Origin: a virus
Taxonomy: Duplodnaviria; Caudoviricetes
Length of the DNA stretch: 55,505 nucleotides
Reading direction: 5' to 3' (one strand)
IMG/VR virus record: IMGVR_UViG_3300049259_000022
Span: 1 to 55,505 of that record
A program made the position numbers and the translations under genes. Positions 36,026-44,664 of the stretch are shown here, piece by piece; the first letter of the stretch is position 1; each line of letters opens with the position of its first letter. The notes below the pieces were generated by a model. The model had not been told where the DNA came from. It saw nothing but the letters and a program-made list of their open reading frames with translations, and made no database searches.

Positions 36026-36316
36026 GTTGCGTTAGGCAACAGTATGAGGAGTTGTTGCAAAGGGCAACGAAAGTCTATCTATTCTTGCCTTTGGCAACGA
36101 CTTTGTTGTAGACATCCCACAACTCGATGCCTTGGGCAACAATGCACCTTATTGATGCCTTTGGCAACGATTACGCGTGCCGTAGGCAACTGTTGCTAAA
36201 GGCAACCGATAACGTACATTATCGGCGGGTTATATGATGCCTTATGCAACGAGTTTGATTGCCGATGGCAAACACCTTGGTTGCCCTTGGCAATCGATAT
36301 GGTTGCACCTGGCAAC
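36026..36316. repeat. array of 11 imperfect 15-bp palindromes, consensus GTTGCC-NNN-GGCAAC
   Basis: Starts at 36026, 36054, 36084, 36126, 36154, 36176, 36192, 36236, 36258, 36280 and 36302. Confidence 0.9.
36206..36225. other. symmetric dif-like tyrosine-recombinase core site
   Basis: CCGATAA-CGTACA-TTATCGG: inverted arms around a 6-bp spacer. Confidence 0.5.
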
Positions 36317-36389
36317 AAAGAAAATTCCGACCGGGGGTATGTGCGCGCGCCCTTAGGCGCCTCGTCCACATATCAAACTTTTCGGCTCT

Positions 36390-36960
36390 AAGACTATAAT
36401 AGTACTATCATCTATCTGTACAACAGGTCCCGTCCATGTGAACGATCTAGCGTCCAGGAGACAAGAAGAGGACTGGTCACTGTAGTATATATATATATAT
36501 ATATATTACTTATATTTCTTACATTTATTTGGGGTATATTTCCCGGGTGATTTCTAGGCGTGTTTCCGCAGGTCACGGCCATGTTCTCGGTTTGTTCCGG
36601 TTTCCTCGGACACCATACATCCCCGGCACCTTGTTCATCAGGCGACAGTCTTCCCTATGGCCGCATTCACTCAGCAGTTGTCGCCTCTTTTTCTTCTCTC
36701 TTTCTTGGTGCTCTTGGGTATCTATTAGGACCCCGAAATATTAAATTCGATTTTCGGCCCAAAGGTGCCCCGTGACCTGCACAGATGTCCGAAAATGACC
36801 GCCCGGATTTATTCCCCATAAAATGCTTCTGGGCACCCCACTTTATCGCCCGGACTAAACTGACTGTAGGTTAGTGCTATCATTAATCCACCCTAAAAAC
36901 CACCAGTTGAATAAAATGGGGTATAAATCCGGGCGATACTCCCCGAAAAAACCCTTACGG
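36390..36960. other. AT-rich non-coding region, candidate replication origin or genome-end region
   Basis: (TA)~10 tract near 36486-36506; inverted repeats 36801-36819/36916-36934 (18/19) and GCAGGTCACGG/CCGTGACCTGC; no credible ORF. Confidence 0.5.
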
Positions 36961-37021
36961 GTCACTTTATACTCGTTCTGTAGTGTTTTTGATGCCTTGT
37001 TAGACTCGTTTCTGGGCAAAG

Positions 37022-37066
37022 AAACAGCCCTACAGACACCTGTTTCGAGGTGTCGTAGGGCCGTTT
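37022..37066 (-). terminator. terminator-like hairpin ending the primase operon
   Basis: GCCCTAC-A-GACACC / GGTGTC-GTAGGGC stem flanked by AAAC/GTTT. Confidence 0.6.
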
Positions 37067-37076
37067 CTAGGGTGTG

Positions 37077-37307
37077 TTAGGGAGCCTGTTCGCCTGTTCC
37101 TTGGCCGGTTGAGGGGGTGCTATCGACCAGAATCTGAAAGGCGACCCCGTCCAAAATACACGGACACTCGACAGAATCGTCCAGATGATGGCACTTCATG
37201 GGCGCAAGAATGCCCCCATCGTGCTCAGCTCCGAGGTGTGTGCACTCTGGACAGGGGATAAAGTCCCCGATGATGATGTACTGGATTTTCTTGGCTTGAT
37301 TTGTCAT
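37077..37307 (-). CDS. small Cys/His-rich protein
   Basis: CPECTH...H...C...CPC; ATGA overlap. Confidence 0.55.
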   Translation of the reverse strand: MTNQAKKIQYIIIGDFIPCPECTHLGAEHDGGILAPMKCHHLDDSVECPCILDGVAFQILVDSTPSTGQGTGEQAP

Positions 37308-37501
37308 CTGTTTGGACCTTCCCAGGGTTTGGCCTGTAGGAATTCTGTATAGTTGGGGTACTGGCCTGCCCAGTCGCGGAGCCAGCCTGCAATGCACCAA
37401 AGTCCGGCTGGAGTGGTGGTTGCGCCGTTACCCTGGCAGTTCATAGTTGTCTGATCGGTGTTGATTGAGTCGGCTCCACAGCCCGACATCACACACTTCA
37501 C
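37304..37501 (-). CDS. small hypothetical protein
   Basis: Coupled at both ends. Confidence 0.5.
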   Translation of the reverse strand: MKCVMSGCGADSINTDQTTMNCQGNGATTTPAGLWCIAGWLRDWAGQYPNYTEFLQAKPWEGPNR

Positions 37502-37995
37502 GAGACGGCTACCTTGTCGGCCAGGAACGGTGTCAGGGAAGCTCCTTGTCGCTCAAAGGCTTGTTCGACCTCCTCTAGCAGCTCATCTGCAGCTGCATAT
37601 TTGGGGCTGCGCTTGGTGCCCTGATGGATGCGCATGCCTTCCCGATGGGCGCGACGGCAAAGAAGACCTCGACACCCCATCGTGTAGGTAGACCGTGATG
37701 CGTGCTGATTGAATCCAGGCTGACGGATCTCACTGATGATGTGATCGATCATTCGCTGGCGAATTTCTCCGCGAGACTGCAAGATGTAGGTGTCTATGCT
37801 TGTCGCAGGAAAGATGTCTTGCGAGCCATCTTCACGAGGAAAAACTGCAAAGTGGATGTTCTGAGTGGGGTCCCAGACAATCTCGCACTTGGTGTACGAG
37901 CAAGCAAGGCGGATGATATCATCGGCATCTTGGGCGAGTTTTGAGTGGCGTACGGCTACCTCTCCAAGCCAAAGAAGATTTGAACTGTCAGGCAT
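37498..37995 (-). CDS. hypothetical protein with H...Y..GCR..LC motif
   Basis: HASRSTYTMGCRGLLCR; start ATG 37995 overlaps the upstream stop. Confidence 0.6.
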   Translation of the reverse strand: MPDSSNLLWLGEVAVRHSKLAQDADDIIRLACSYTKCEIVWDPTQNIHFAVFPREDGSQDIFPATSIDTYILQSRGEIRQRMIDHIISEIRQPGFNQHASRSTYTMGCRGLLCRRAHREGMRIHQGTKRSPKYAAADELLEEVEQAFERQGASLTPFLADKVAVS

Positions 37996-40063
37996 GCTTG
38001 ACACTTTGGTATCCCTGGGGAGGGCGACCACGGGTACCGGTCGCAAGTTTGAAGGGTTCGACCTGGTCGGCGTCCATGAGTTGTTTGAGTGCATCATTCA
38101 CCTGCTTATCGCCGATATTCTTGGTTTTAAAGGCGTCGCGGATTTGCGTCCGCGTAGGACCGCGACCCATCTCGAGCTCTTTGCGGCGGATATAGTTAAA
38201 GATTCTGTCGATGAATTCTTGCTGCTGTGATTTGCCAATTTGCGCACCGACGAGCTTGAATGTCGCGAGGACATAAGGGTGAAGACGCTCCACGAACAGA
38301 ACATCTTGTATATCAGCAAAAAGGGCACGTCGATTGATCGCGTGACAGAACATTAGCTTCTTGTAGTGAATTTCCAGGCGACTCAGCATGTCGTCGTCTG
38401 TTATTTTGAGCATGGCCTCAATCGGCCGGAAGAACCTCTTGAATTCAGCTCGCGCACTATCCGTCACGCCGACGACGACCGGAGGGTCTGTCGGATTCTT
38501 CTTGAGGTGTGCGATGTGGATGCCGTTAAGAATGAGCTCGGCGGGGCGTAGATTGACGTTCGTATCATTGAAGTAATCATCGCGAGGCTTCGACGGACCG
38601 GCTACATACAACCATCTGTTCAAATAGCCTGACGCCGAGTCCTGGCCGTCCAGGAGCTTGCGGAGTGCTCTCGGCTGGCTGGAAGTACTAAAGGCGGCGA
38701 ACGCATTATAGGCTACTTTCCGTCCATGCGTCTGGCTTGAATTGGAAATTTTCGGCTTACCGTCGATGAAGTCCATGATCTTCGTTTTCAACGTTGATCC
38801 CTGGACGGAAGACTTTGCAAGAAGGCCAGATAGCTCACTGAACTCTACATAGCCGCGAATAGGCACATGCCCAGTAGCTGACCCCTTGACGATTTGCTGG
38901 AATTCACCAATCAGCGCTTCGCCAGATGCTACTTCACCAACCTCGCGAACACCCTCGACCAGGATTCCTAGGTCGTTCTCTGGCATTGCAAAGTTAAGAG
39001 CTCGAGAAACGAAAGCCTGTGCGGTTGACTTGCCTGATCCGGTGCGCCCTAGGTAGCAGATTGCCAGATTAGGCATGACGGGGCGAGTGCCATCCGCCAT
39101 AAGAGTATCTCGCCCAACGGCTAGCCCAAGAAGCATGAGACCACTGAAGAAGTGATACTCCTCTGGGCTATAGTCCAGACTAGTGGCATCGCACCACTTG
39201 TATAGGAAGGTTTCCTCGTAGCCCGCCAGTGCTTCTCGCCAGTCGAAGCTCAGCGAATATGACTCCGAATCCAGCTCCGGATCGTATGCGTCGACTTCGG
39301 GATCAATGCTGATGACTTGCGCGACAGAGTTATCAGCAGGCTGATCCACCTCCTCTGGAGCTTGTACAGGTTCGGCGAGTGGGATCTGTGGCACAAGAGA
39401 CAGGTGAGATCCAGTCGGCGGGACGGGCGGCAATACAGCTTGATGAGGGGCAGGCAATGACGCTTGTTGTGGGGCAAGTACCGGAGGGGGTGGAGCAGGT
39501 GTAGATACAACGACCGGCGGTACGAGGTCATACCCGCCTCCTAGCTTTTCCTTGAACGAATAGCCCAGGTCTTCGCCCATGGCACGCCTGAGCTTGTGAA
39601 ATAGTGCGCCCCTCTTGTAATCGGGAACCGGGAGACCGTGATGATATGCAGCGATGTCGTAAATATCGCCGCCTTGCATTCCGCAAGGTCCACAGACCCA
39701 TGTATTATTCTCAGTATTGGCCCATGCCGATGGATTACTGTCTCGATGTCCTGGAATAGGACATGAGATCTTGATACCTTCGGTTCGGCCGGATGTGATA
39801 ACTGGTGTCATCTTTCCGCACCAGCGATTATACGCTTCAATGATCCCGATACCCTTGAGGATTCTGTCGAGTTCGAGTTCCTCTTCGCTGCGTTCGCGAG
39901 ACGAATCAACATCAGGAATCAAGACTGGATCAAACTGATGAACAGAGGGGGCTACTGGAGGTGTAGGAGATAGTTCTGGTGCTTCAGTAGAGGTTTGTGC
40001 GGCTCGTTTGGCATCTTCTCGAGCCTGATACTCCATGGCTTTCTTGAGAAGATCACTTGGCAC
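37988..40063 (-). CDS. CHC2-like zinc finger fused to a P-loop helicase-like (DUF3987-like) domain
   Basis: CPIPGHRDSNPS...WVCGPC..GGDIYD; Pro-rich linker; GRTGSGKST; SGYLNRW; C-terminal winged-helix-like tail. Confidence 0.8.
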   Translation of the reverse strand: MPSDLLKKAMEYQAREDAKRAAQTSTEAPELSPTPPVAPSVHQFDPVLIPDVDSSRERSEEELELDRILKGIGIIEAYNRWCGKMTPVITSGRTEGIKISCPIPGHRDSNPSAWANTENNTWVCGPCGMQGGDIYDIAAYHHGLPVPDYKRGALFHKLRRAMGEDLGYSFKEKLGGGYDLVPPVVVSTPAPPPPVLAPQQASLPAPHQAVLPPVPPTGSHLSLVPQIPLAEPVQAPEEVDQPADNSVAQVISIDPEVDAYDPELDSESYSLSFDWREALAGYEETFLYKWCDATSLDYSPEEYHFFSGLMLLGLAVGRDTLMADGTRPVMPNLAICYLGRTGSGKSTAQAFVSRALNFAMPENDLGILVEGVREVGEVASGEALIGEFQQIVKGSATGHVPIRGYVEFSELSGLLAKSSVQGSTLKTKIMDFIDGKPKISNSSQTHGRKVAYNAFAAFSTSSQPRALRKLLDGQDSASGYLNRWLYVAGPSKPRDDYFNDTNVNLRPAELILNGIHIAHLKKNPTDPPVVVGVTDSARAEFKRFFRPIEAMLKITDDDMLSRLEIHYKKLMFCHAINRRALFADIQDVLFVERLHPYVLATFKLVGAQIGKSQQQEFIDRIFNYIRRKELEMGRGPTRTQIRDAFKTKNIGDKQVNDALKQLMDADQVEPFKLATGTRGRPPQGYQSVKHA

Positions 40064-40328
40064 GCTCTTCCTCCGTTAGTGAAACGGCCTTTGTGACATC
40101 AGGCATAATCCTTGAGAACCAATCAGCGAAGCACCAAAGGTGCATCCTGAGGATAACTTTATCGAACTCCCATTCCCAGGATTGATGCTTTCGTTTGATC
40201 TTCTTCCTACACCAAGTACAGTGTCCACCTGATTCATTAAGCTCGATACCGATAGTGGAGATGCGGTCAGATGGTGTGGCAGGAGCGATAAGTTGAGTAA
40301 TCAACTCATCGAAGCTCTTTCTAATCAC
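40053..40328 (-). CDS. small zinc-binding protein
   Basis: CTWC...HLWC; start taken at GTG 40328. Confidence 0.5.
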   Translation of the reverse strand: MIRKSFDELITQLIAPATPSDRISTIGIELNESGGHCTWCRKKIKRKHQSWEWEFDKVILRMHLWCFADWFSRIMPDVTKAVSLTEEERAK

Positions 40329-41151
40329 GGAAAGGGTCCCCCATTTCAAGCACTCTAGCCTGGTCGGCATGCGGTCGAAGGTCCGTCATTCTCCCCCCCA
40401 TATCGATGAAGAATGTTGGATCAGTTGTTTTACGGTTTCTGCCCAGCGGCAGGCGCATCAGATTCCCTAGATCCTTTCCAGCGAGGGAATCCTGTTTGGG
40501 GAATACCTCGATTTCAAAGTTTGCATATCCGGAAGTAGGATCTTCATTGACGTGTTTATAGAAGTTGTCGCCCCGCGTGGGTGTATACTCTCGAGAAGCC
40601 ATGATTGCGATCTTCGCCGCTTCTCGCACCTCGGAAGCAGCCATGAGACCAGTGAATCCATAGACATGGATTCCTTTGCCGCCGGTGTACGTCACTGCGC
40701 AGGGTAATTGAAGATCTCTGGTGATAATCTTTGCGAACTTAGTTCCGATCATCTTCATCTGATACTTATACCAGGCGCGCGAAGGATGCGAGCGGTCGCG
40801 CCACTCATCACGGGGCGAGCCCGAATAGATCTGGAAAGCCTCGCCTTCGCGAAAGTCGATCCAGGTTCCCGCGCCCTTTACGAGGTCAACATCGAAGGCA
40901 AAGAGCTTGCAGTTTCCGTCCTGATCAAGCATGTAATGCCCGTAGGTACGCTCGCCGGACAGATGCTGCTGCAGATGAGTCATCTTGAATCCGACGGGGC
41001 CGTAGGGGGCGAGTTTATTGGTCCCCTTTTCGGCGTCGATCTCTGCAAGGCGGCTATCGGGGCAGTAAGTGCCATCATCGAATTGGATCGCCTTGACATC
41101 CCGCCTTGTGATAAACTTTTTGGCGAGTTGAACAGCGAGATCTTCTGCCAT
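40321..41151 (-). CDS. archaeo-eukaryotic primase (AEP) domain protein
   Basis: HLSG..YG.Y, FAFDVD, GGKGIHVY, IEVFPKQ and GNLMRLPLG motifs. Confidence 0.85.
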   Translation of the reverse strand: MAEDLAVQLAKKFITRRDVKAIQFDDGTYCPDSRLAEIDAEKGTNKLAPYGPVGFKMTHLQQHLSGERTYGHYMLDQDGNCKLFAFDVDLVKGAGTWIDFREGEAFQIYSGSPRDEWRDRSHPSRAWYKYQMKMIGTKFAKIITRDLQLPCAVTYTGGKGIHVYGFTGLMAASEVREAAKIAIMASREYTPTRGDNFYKHVNEDPTSGYANFEIEVFPKQDSLAGKDLGNLMRLPLGRNRKTTDPTFFIDMGGRMTDLRPHADQARVLEMGDPFRD

Positions 41152-41203
41152 TGATACTCCAGGGAAGAGGCGACCGATATTTCAAACGGGCGTTGCAAGC
41201 GTG

Positions 41204-41281
41204 ACGCTACTAGATCGGTCTCGTCAATGTCAAACATTGCTGTCGGCAATGCTTGACTATCGGCACCTGCATCCCTACCCT
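41204..41281. promoter_or_regulatory. divergent SigA-type promoters with a central TTGC-N5-GCAA palindrome
   Basis: Minus strand: TTGACA(41233)-N18-TAGCGT. Plus strand: TTGACT(41253)-N17-TACCCT. CATTGC-TGTCG-GCAATG at 41235-41251 lies between the two -35 boxes. Confidence 0.7.
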
Positions 41282-41458
41282 GGGTGCACCTCCTTGAATC
41301 TGCGATCGGGCGACGGCAGATGAGGCAGTAGGGGACGGCGGTTCGGTGAGCTCTGGAGGGGAAGCCAGGCACCGGGCCGCCGTTGCTTCTCTGTAGCGGG
41401 TTGGTCGTGTACCGTTACTCGGGACGCCCGCGCACGCCTAGAGATATCGGATACTTCC

Positions 41459-42802
41459 ATGGAGCGAGTCTGGTTTCGTAACCCTAACAGAATTGCCGGT
41501 GAGATTGGTGAGGTGGGACATCTTTATGTGTCCTGGAGTCGCGTCGAGCTGAATAAGTCGAAGACAGACCCGAAAGCCTTCGGCAATCTTCACTGGGGGA
41601 CGAGCTCTAAGTGGCAGGGTCTGATTATTGGCCAGGGGTCCGCCGTTCACGTGGACGCAGAGCATGGTCTAGAGAATCCTCGCGCTGTATACCCGGTCTG
41701 GGAGTATGGCGAAGAGTGGAATGTTCTAGAAGAGCTCGCATCGAGACCTATTGGCGAGAATGAGGCTGTCTGCTCCGATCCTGTGATCGATCAGGCGTGG
41801 CGGCCAGTATTTGGCCAGGAGCACGTAGTATTCATTACAGGCTTGCCAGAATTTACTACTGGCGTTGGCAAGTCGATCGTTCGCAGGCTCAATGAGTTTC
41901 AGAATGATTTCCCTGAGTGCTGCGTGTATATCGACGGCAGTTACTCGTACAACGTCTTGTTCGGGATGGCCTTTCGGGCAGGTAACGTGGATACGTTTGA
42001 GTCCGCTAAAAGTAACGAGGTCATACTTCCCTCGGGGCGGCGCGCTAAGAATCACTCGTTTCCACAGCATCAGAAGTGGATTCACCTGCTCGGAGCAAGT
42101 ATTCCTGAACTCAACGACCAGGGTAAGCGAATCAGGTATAACTGTAAGTCCGCTCTCTGGGCGGCTGAGAACTTCAAGAGAGATATTGCCTTCAAGACGC
42201 AAAAACCTTCTGGACAAGTTGATCCTGACGCCCTGGTGCACGTACCTGAGCATGGCAGCAATCAGATTGGTGCTGGCATTGATGGCGATAAGATCAACTG
42301 TGATACCTGTTCGCTGGCTTTGCAGTGCAAGTTTTACCGTCTGGGTTCGGTGTGTACCTTGCCGAAGACCGAGACAAAGGACCTCGCAAAGATGTTCGGA
42401 ACTCGCGATGCCGATACAATCGTAGATGCCCTCGGAGCCCTCGTCGGCCGCCAAGCACAGCGAGTTGAGCGAGGCATGGCGGAAGAGGAAGTCCTCGGAG
42501 TCCTTGATCCCGAGGTCAGTAAGCAGCTGAACTCTACGATTGATAATGGGATCAAACTTGCCAAAATCATCGACCCATCGAGGGCCGGGGGCACCAAAGT
42601 TCAAGTCAACGTCGGTCAAGGCGCGGCGAGCGCGACGCAAGTCCAGATGGTCAACCCTGATCAGATGGTTGGGCAGATTGTTCGGGAGATCACCCAACGT
42701 ACCGGTATCCCAGCCGCGCAGATCACCCAAGAAATGATCATGCAGCAACTCATGCTCATGGGTGGCGGGGCGCAGGTTGTCCAGGGAGAAGTGATGCCGT
42801 GA
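41459..42802 (+). CDS. putative terminase small subunit-like protein with degenerate TGT-like N-domain and Cys4 cluster
   Basis: Immediately upstream of terL with GTGA overlap; YPVWEYGEEWNVLEEL; CDTC..C..C cluster; helical C-terminus. Confidence 0.55.
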   Translation: MERVWFRNPNRIAGEIGEVGHLYVSWSRVELNKSKTDPKAFGNLHWGTSSKWQGLIIGQGSAVHVDAEHGLENPRAVYPVWEYGEEWNVLEELASRPIGENEAVCSDPVIDQAWRPVFGQEHVVFITGLPEFTTGVGKSIVRRLNEFQNDFPECCVYIDGSYSYNVLFGMAFRAGNVDTFESAKSNEVILPSGRRAKNHSFPQHQKWIHLLGASIPELNDQGKRIRYNCKSALWAAENFKRDIAFKTQKPSGQVDPDALVHVPEHGSNQIGAGIDGDKINCDTCSLALQCKFYRLGSVCTLPKTETKDLAKMFGTRDADTIVDALGALVGRQAQRVERGMAEEEVLGVLDPEVSKQLNSTIDNGIKLAKIIDPSRAGGTKVQVNVGQGAASATQVQMVNPDQMVGQIVREITQRTGIPAAQITQEMIMQQLMLMGGGAQVVQGEVMP

Positions 42803-44655
42803 GTCAACCGATCTTCGATCCGGCTGCGATTCAGCGAAGCCTTAAGTTCCTTCAGGATTACCCCTGGTTCCAGGAGCGCCCAGCAAGTATTGCGGAGTTC
42901 CTCGGTCCACAGTATTTGAACATCGAGAAGCGTGTTCGGCCGGGGATCAGGGAAGAACTTCTCGAGATTTTCGGTCCTGAGCCGAACCCTCACCGTGTAG
43001 CGGTGTACGAAGAGGCTATGTTTACTGGTGCGATCGGCATCGGCAAGACTACGATGGCCTCGATCGTCATTCCGTACATGGTGCACCATACTCTGTGTCT
43101 CAAGGACCCCCAGGATTACTACGAGCTCATGTCCGGCTCGCGTATCGCCTTCATGCAGATGTCCACGTCGGACTCGCAGGCGAAAGAGACGCTGTTTGGT
43201 GATATCAAGGCGCGTATTCAGTATTCTCCGTGGTTCATGAACGCCTGGATGTATGACCCGAACTACAAGAACCAGCTGAGGTTCCCGAAAGATGTCTGGG
43301 TCTTGCCGGGCAACAGCCAAGAGACTACTTTTGAGGGTTACAATATTCTCGGTGGCATCCTGGATGAGGCTGATTCGCATAAGGTGACCGAAGAGAAGGA
43401 CTACGCCGAGCAGGGCTTCACTACGATCGACTCGCGTATTCGGTCGCGGTTCCAAGATCGCGGATTCTTGATGGTCGTCGGCCAGATGAAGAAGGCTGAC
43501 GGCTTTGCGGCGCGCAAGTATGCAGATATGAACAAGAACGACAAGGCTCACACGGTGAGAATGTCGATCTGGGAGTCCCTGGGATGGCATAAGTTCACGC
43601 TCCCGAATGGTGAGCGTAACAGCTTCTTCTATGATACGCACCGTAAGGTGGTCGTGCCGAAGGAAGCTGTCCCGCTACTCAAGACGACCGATTATCTGAT
43701 CGAGATTCCCACTGTTTACCAGAAACCGTTTGAGAATGCTCCTGAAAAGGCTCTCCGAGATCTGGCTGGCATCCCACCGGCGATCGATGACCCATTCATC
43801 TCGCTGATTGACCGCATCACGGACTGTCAGGACAGGTGGGTCGAGATCTTCGGACAAGAGTCTCCCGTTGACCAAAGTCCGACGCGACCTCAGTTCTTTG
43901 ACTGGTTTACCTGCAAGGACGGTCTTAAGCGAGCTCTCGCCATCGATACGGCTATTTCTGGTGATGGGGACGCCCTCGGAATCGCCATGGGGCACGTTCG
44001 TGAAGTCGTAGAGATGGACGGCGAACTTAAGCCTTTCATCGTCTTTGATTTCTTGATGCGCATCAAGGCCGCCAAGGGAACAGAGATCATGCTCGGAGAT
44101 ATACGCCAGACTGTCTATCATGCCTCGGATGAGCTTGGATTTAAGATCAAGACCATCACCATGGATGGATTCCAGTCGACGGATTCGCTTCAGCAGTTCC
44201 GTAAGCGTCACTACCAGGCAGACTACCTTTCGGTTGACCGGAATAAGCTACCTTATGAGGATCTTCGTGACGCGATTTACGAGGGCCGGATGGCCTTTCC
44301 TCGATACCTCACCAAAGTCCGAAAAGGTGAAGACGAGACAGTCAACATCGCGTTCAAGGAGCTTTCGGAGCTCTCGGATAACGGAAAGAAGATCGATCAC
44401 CCGCCAACGGGCAGCAAGGATGTAGCAGATGCCATGGCGGCCGTCACCTATATGCTAATGGGTGACAGGAGTTTCAGGAAGGGAGTAGTCTCCGTCTCGT
44501 TCAGTTCAGAGAATGAACTTCAGCCAGTAGGTGCGGCTGGACCAGGCGAAGCTCTTCTGCATCCTGCACTCGGCAGTTTCGGTAACTTGATGGCTCCGAT
44601 CCCGCCTTCTCAAGATGTACTTGGCTTCTTCCCTGTTCCCAAGGCGCCACAATAG
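42799..44655 (+). CDS. terL: terminase large subunit
   Basis: Walker A GAIGIGKT, Walker B GILDEAD, nuclease IDHP..GSKDVADA. Confidence 0.93.
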   Translation: MSQPIFDPAAIQRSLKFLQDYPWFQERPASIAEFLGPQYLNIEKRVRPGIREELLEIFGPEPNPHRVAVYEEAMFTGAIGIGKTTMASIVIPYMVHHTLCLKDPQDYYELMSGSRIAFMQMSTSDSQAKETLFGDIKARIQYSPWFMNAWMYDPNYKNQLRFPKDVWVLPGNSQETTFEGYNILGGILDEADSHKVTEEKDYAEQGFTTIDSRIRSRFQDRGFLMVVGQMKKADGFAARKYADMNKNDKAHTVRMSIWESLGWHKFTLPNGERNSFFYDTHRKVVVPKEAVPLLKTTDYLIEIPTVYQKPFENAPEKALRDLAGIPPAIDDPFISLIDRITDCQDRWVEIFGQESPVDQSPTRPQFFDWFTCKDGLKRALAIDTAISGDGDALGIAMGHVREVVEMDGELKPFIVFDFLMRIKAAKGTEIMLGDIRQTVYHASDELGFKIKTITMDGFQSTDSLQQFRKRHYQADYLSVDRNKLPYEDLRDAIYEGRMAFPRYLTKVRKGEDETVNIAFKELSELSDNGKKIDHPPTGSKDVADAMAAVTYMLMGDRSFRKGVVSVSFSSENELQPVGAAGPGEALLHPALGSFGNLMAPIPPSQDVLGFFPVPKAPQ

Positions 44656-44664
44656 AAGGGAACA

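Noticed and set aside
36026-36316. CRISPR array
   Set aside because: Units are only 15 bp and degenerate, gaps are 1-29 bp and irregular, and no cas genes are in the window.
36529-37080. Short plus-strand ORFs in the AT-rich region
   Set aside because: Atypical codon use, no RBS, and they overlap repeats and a terminator.
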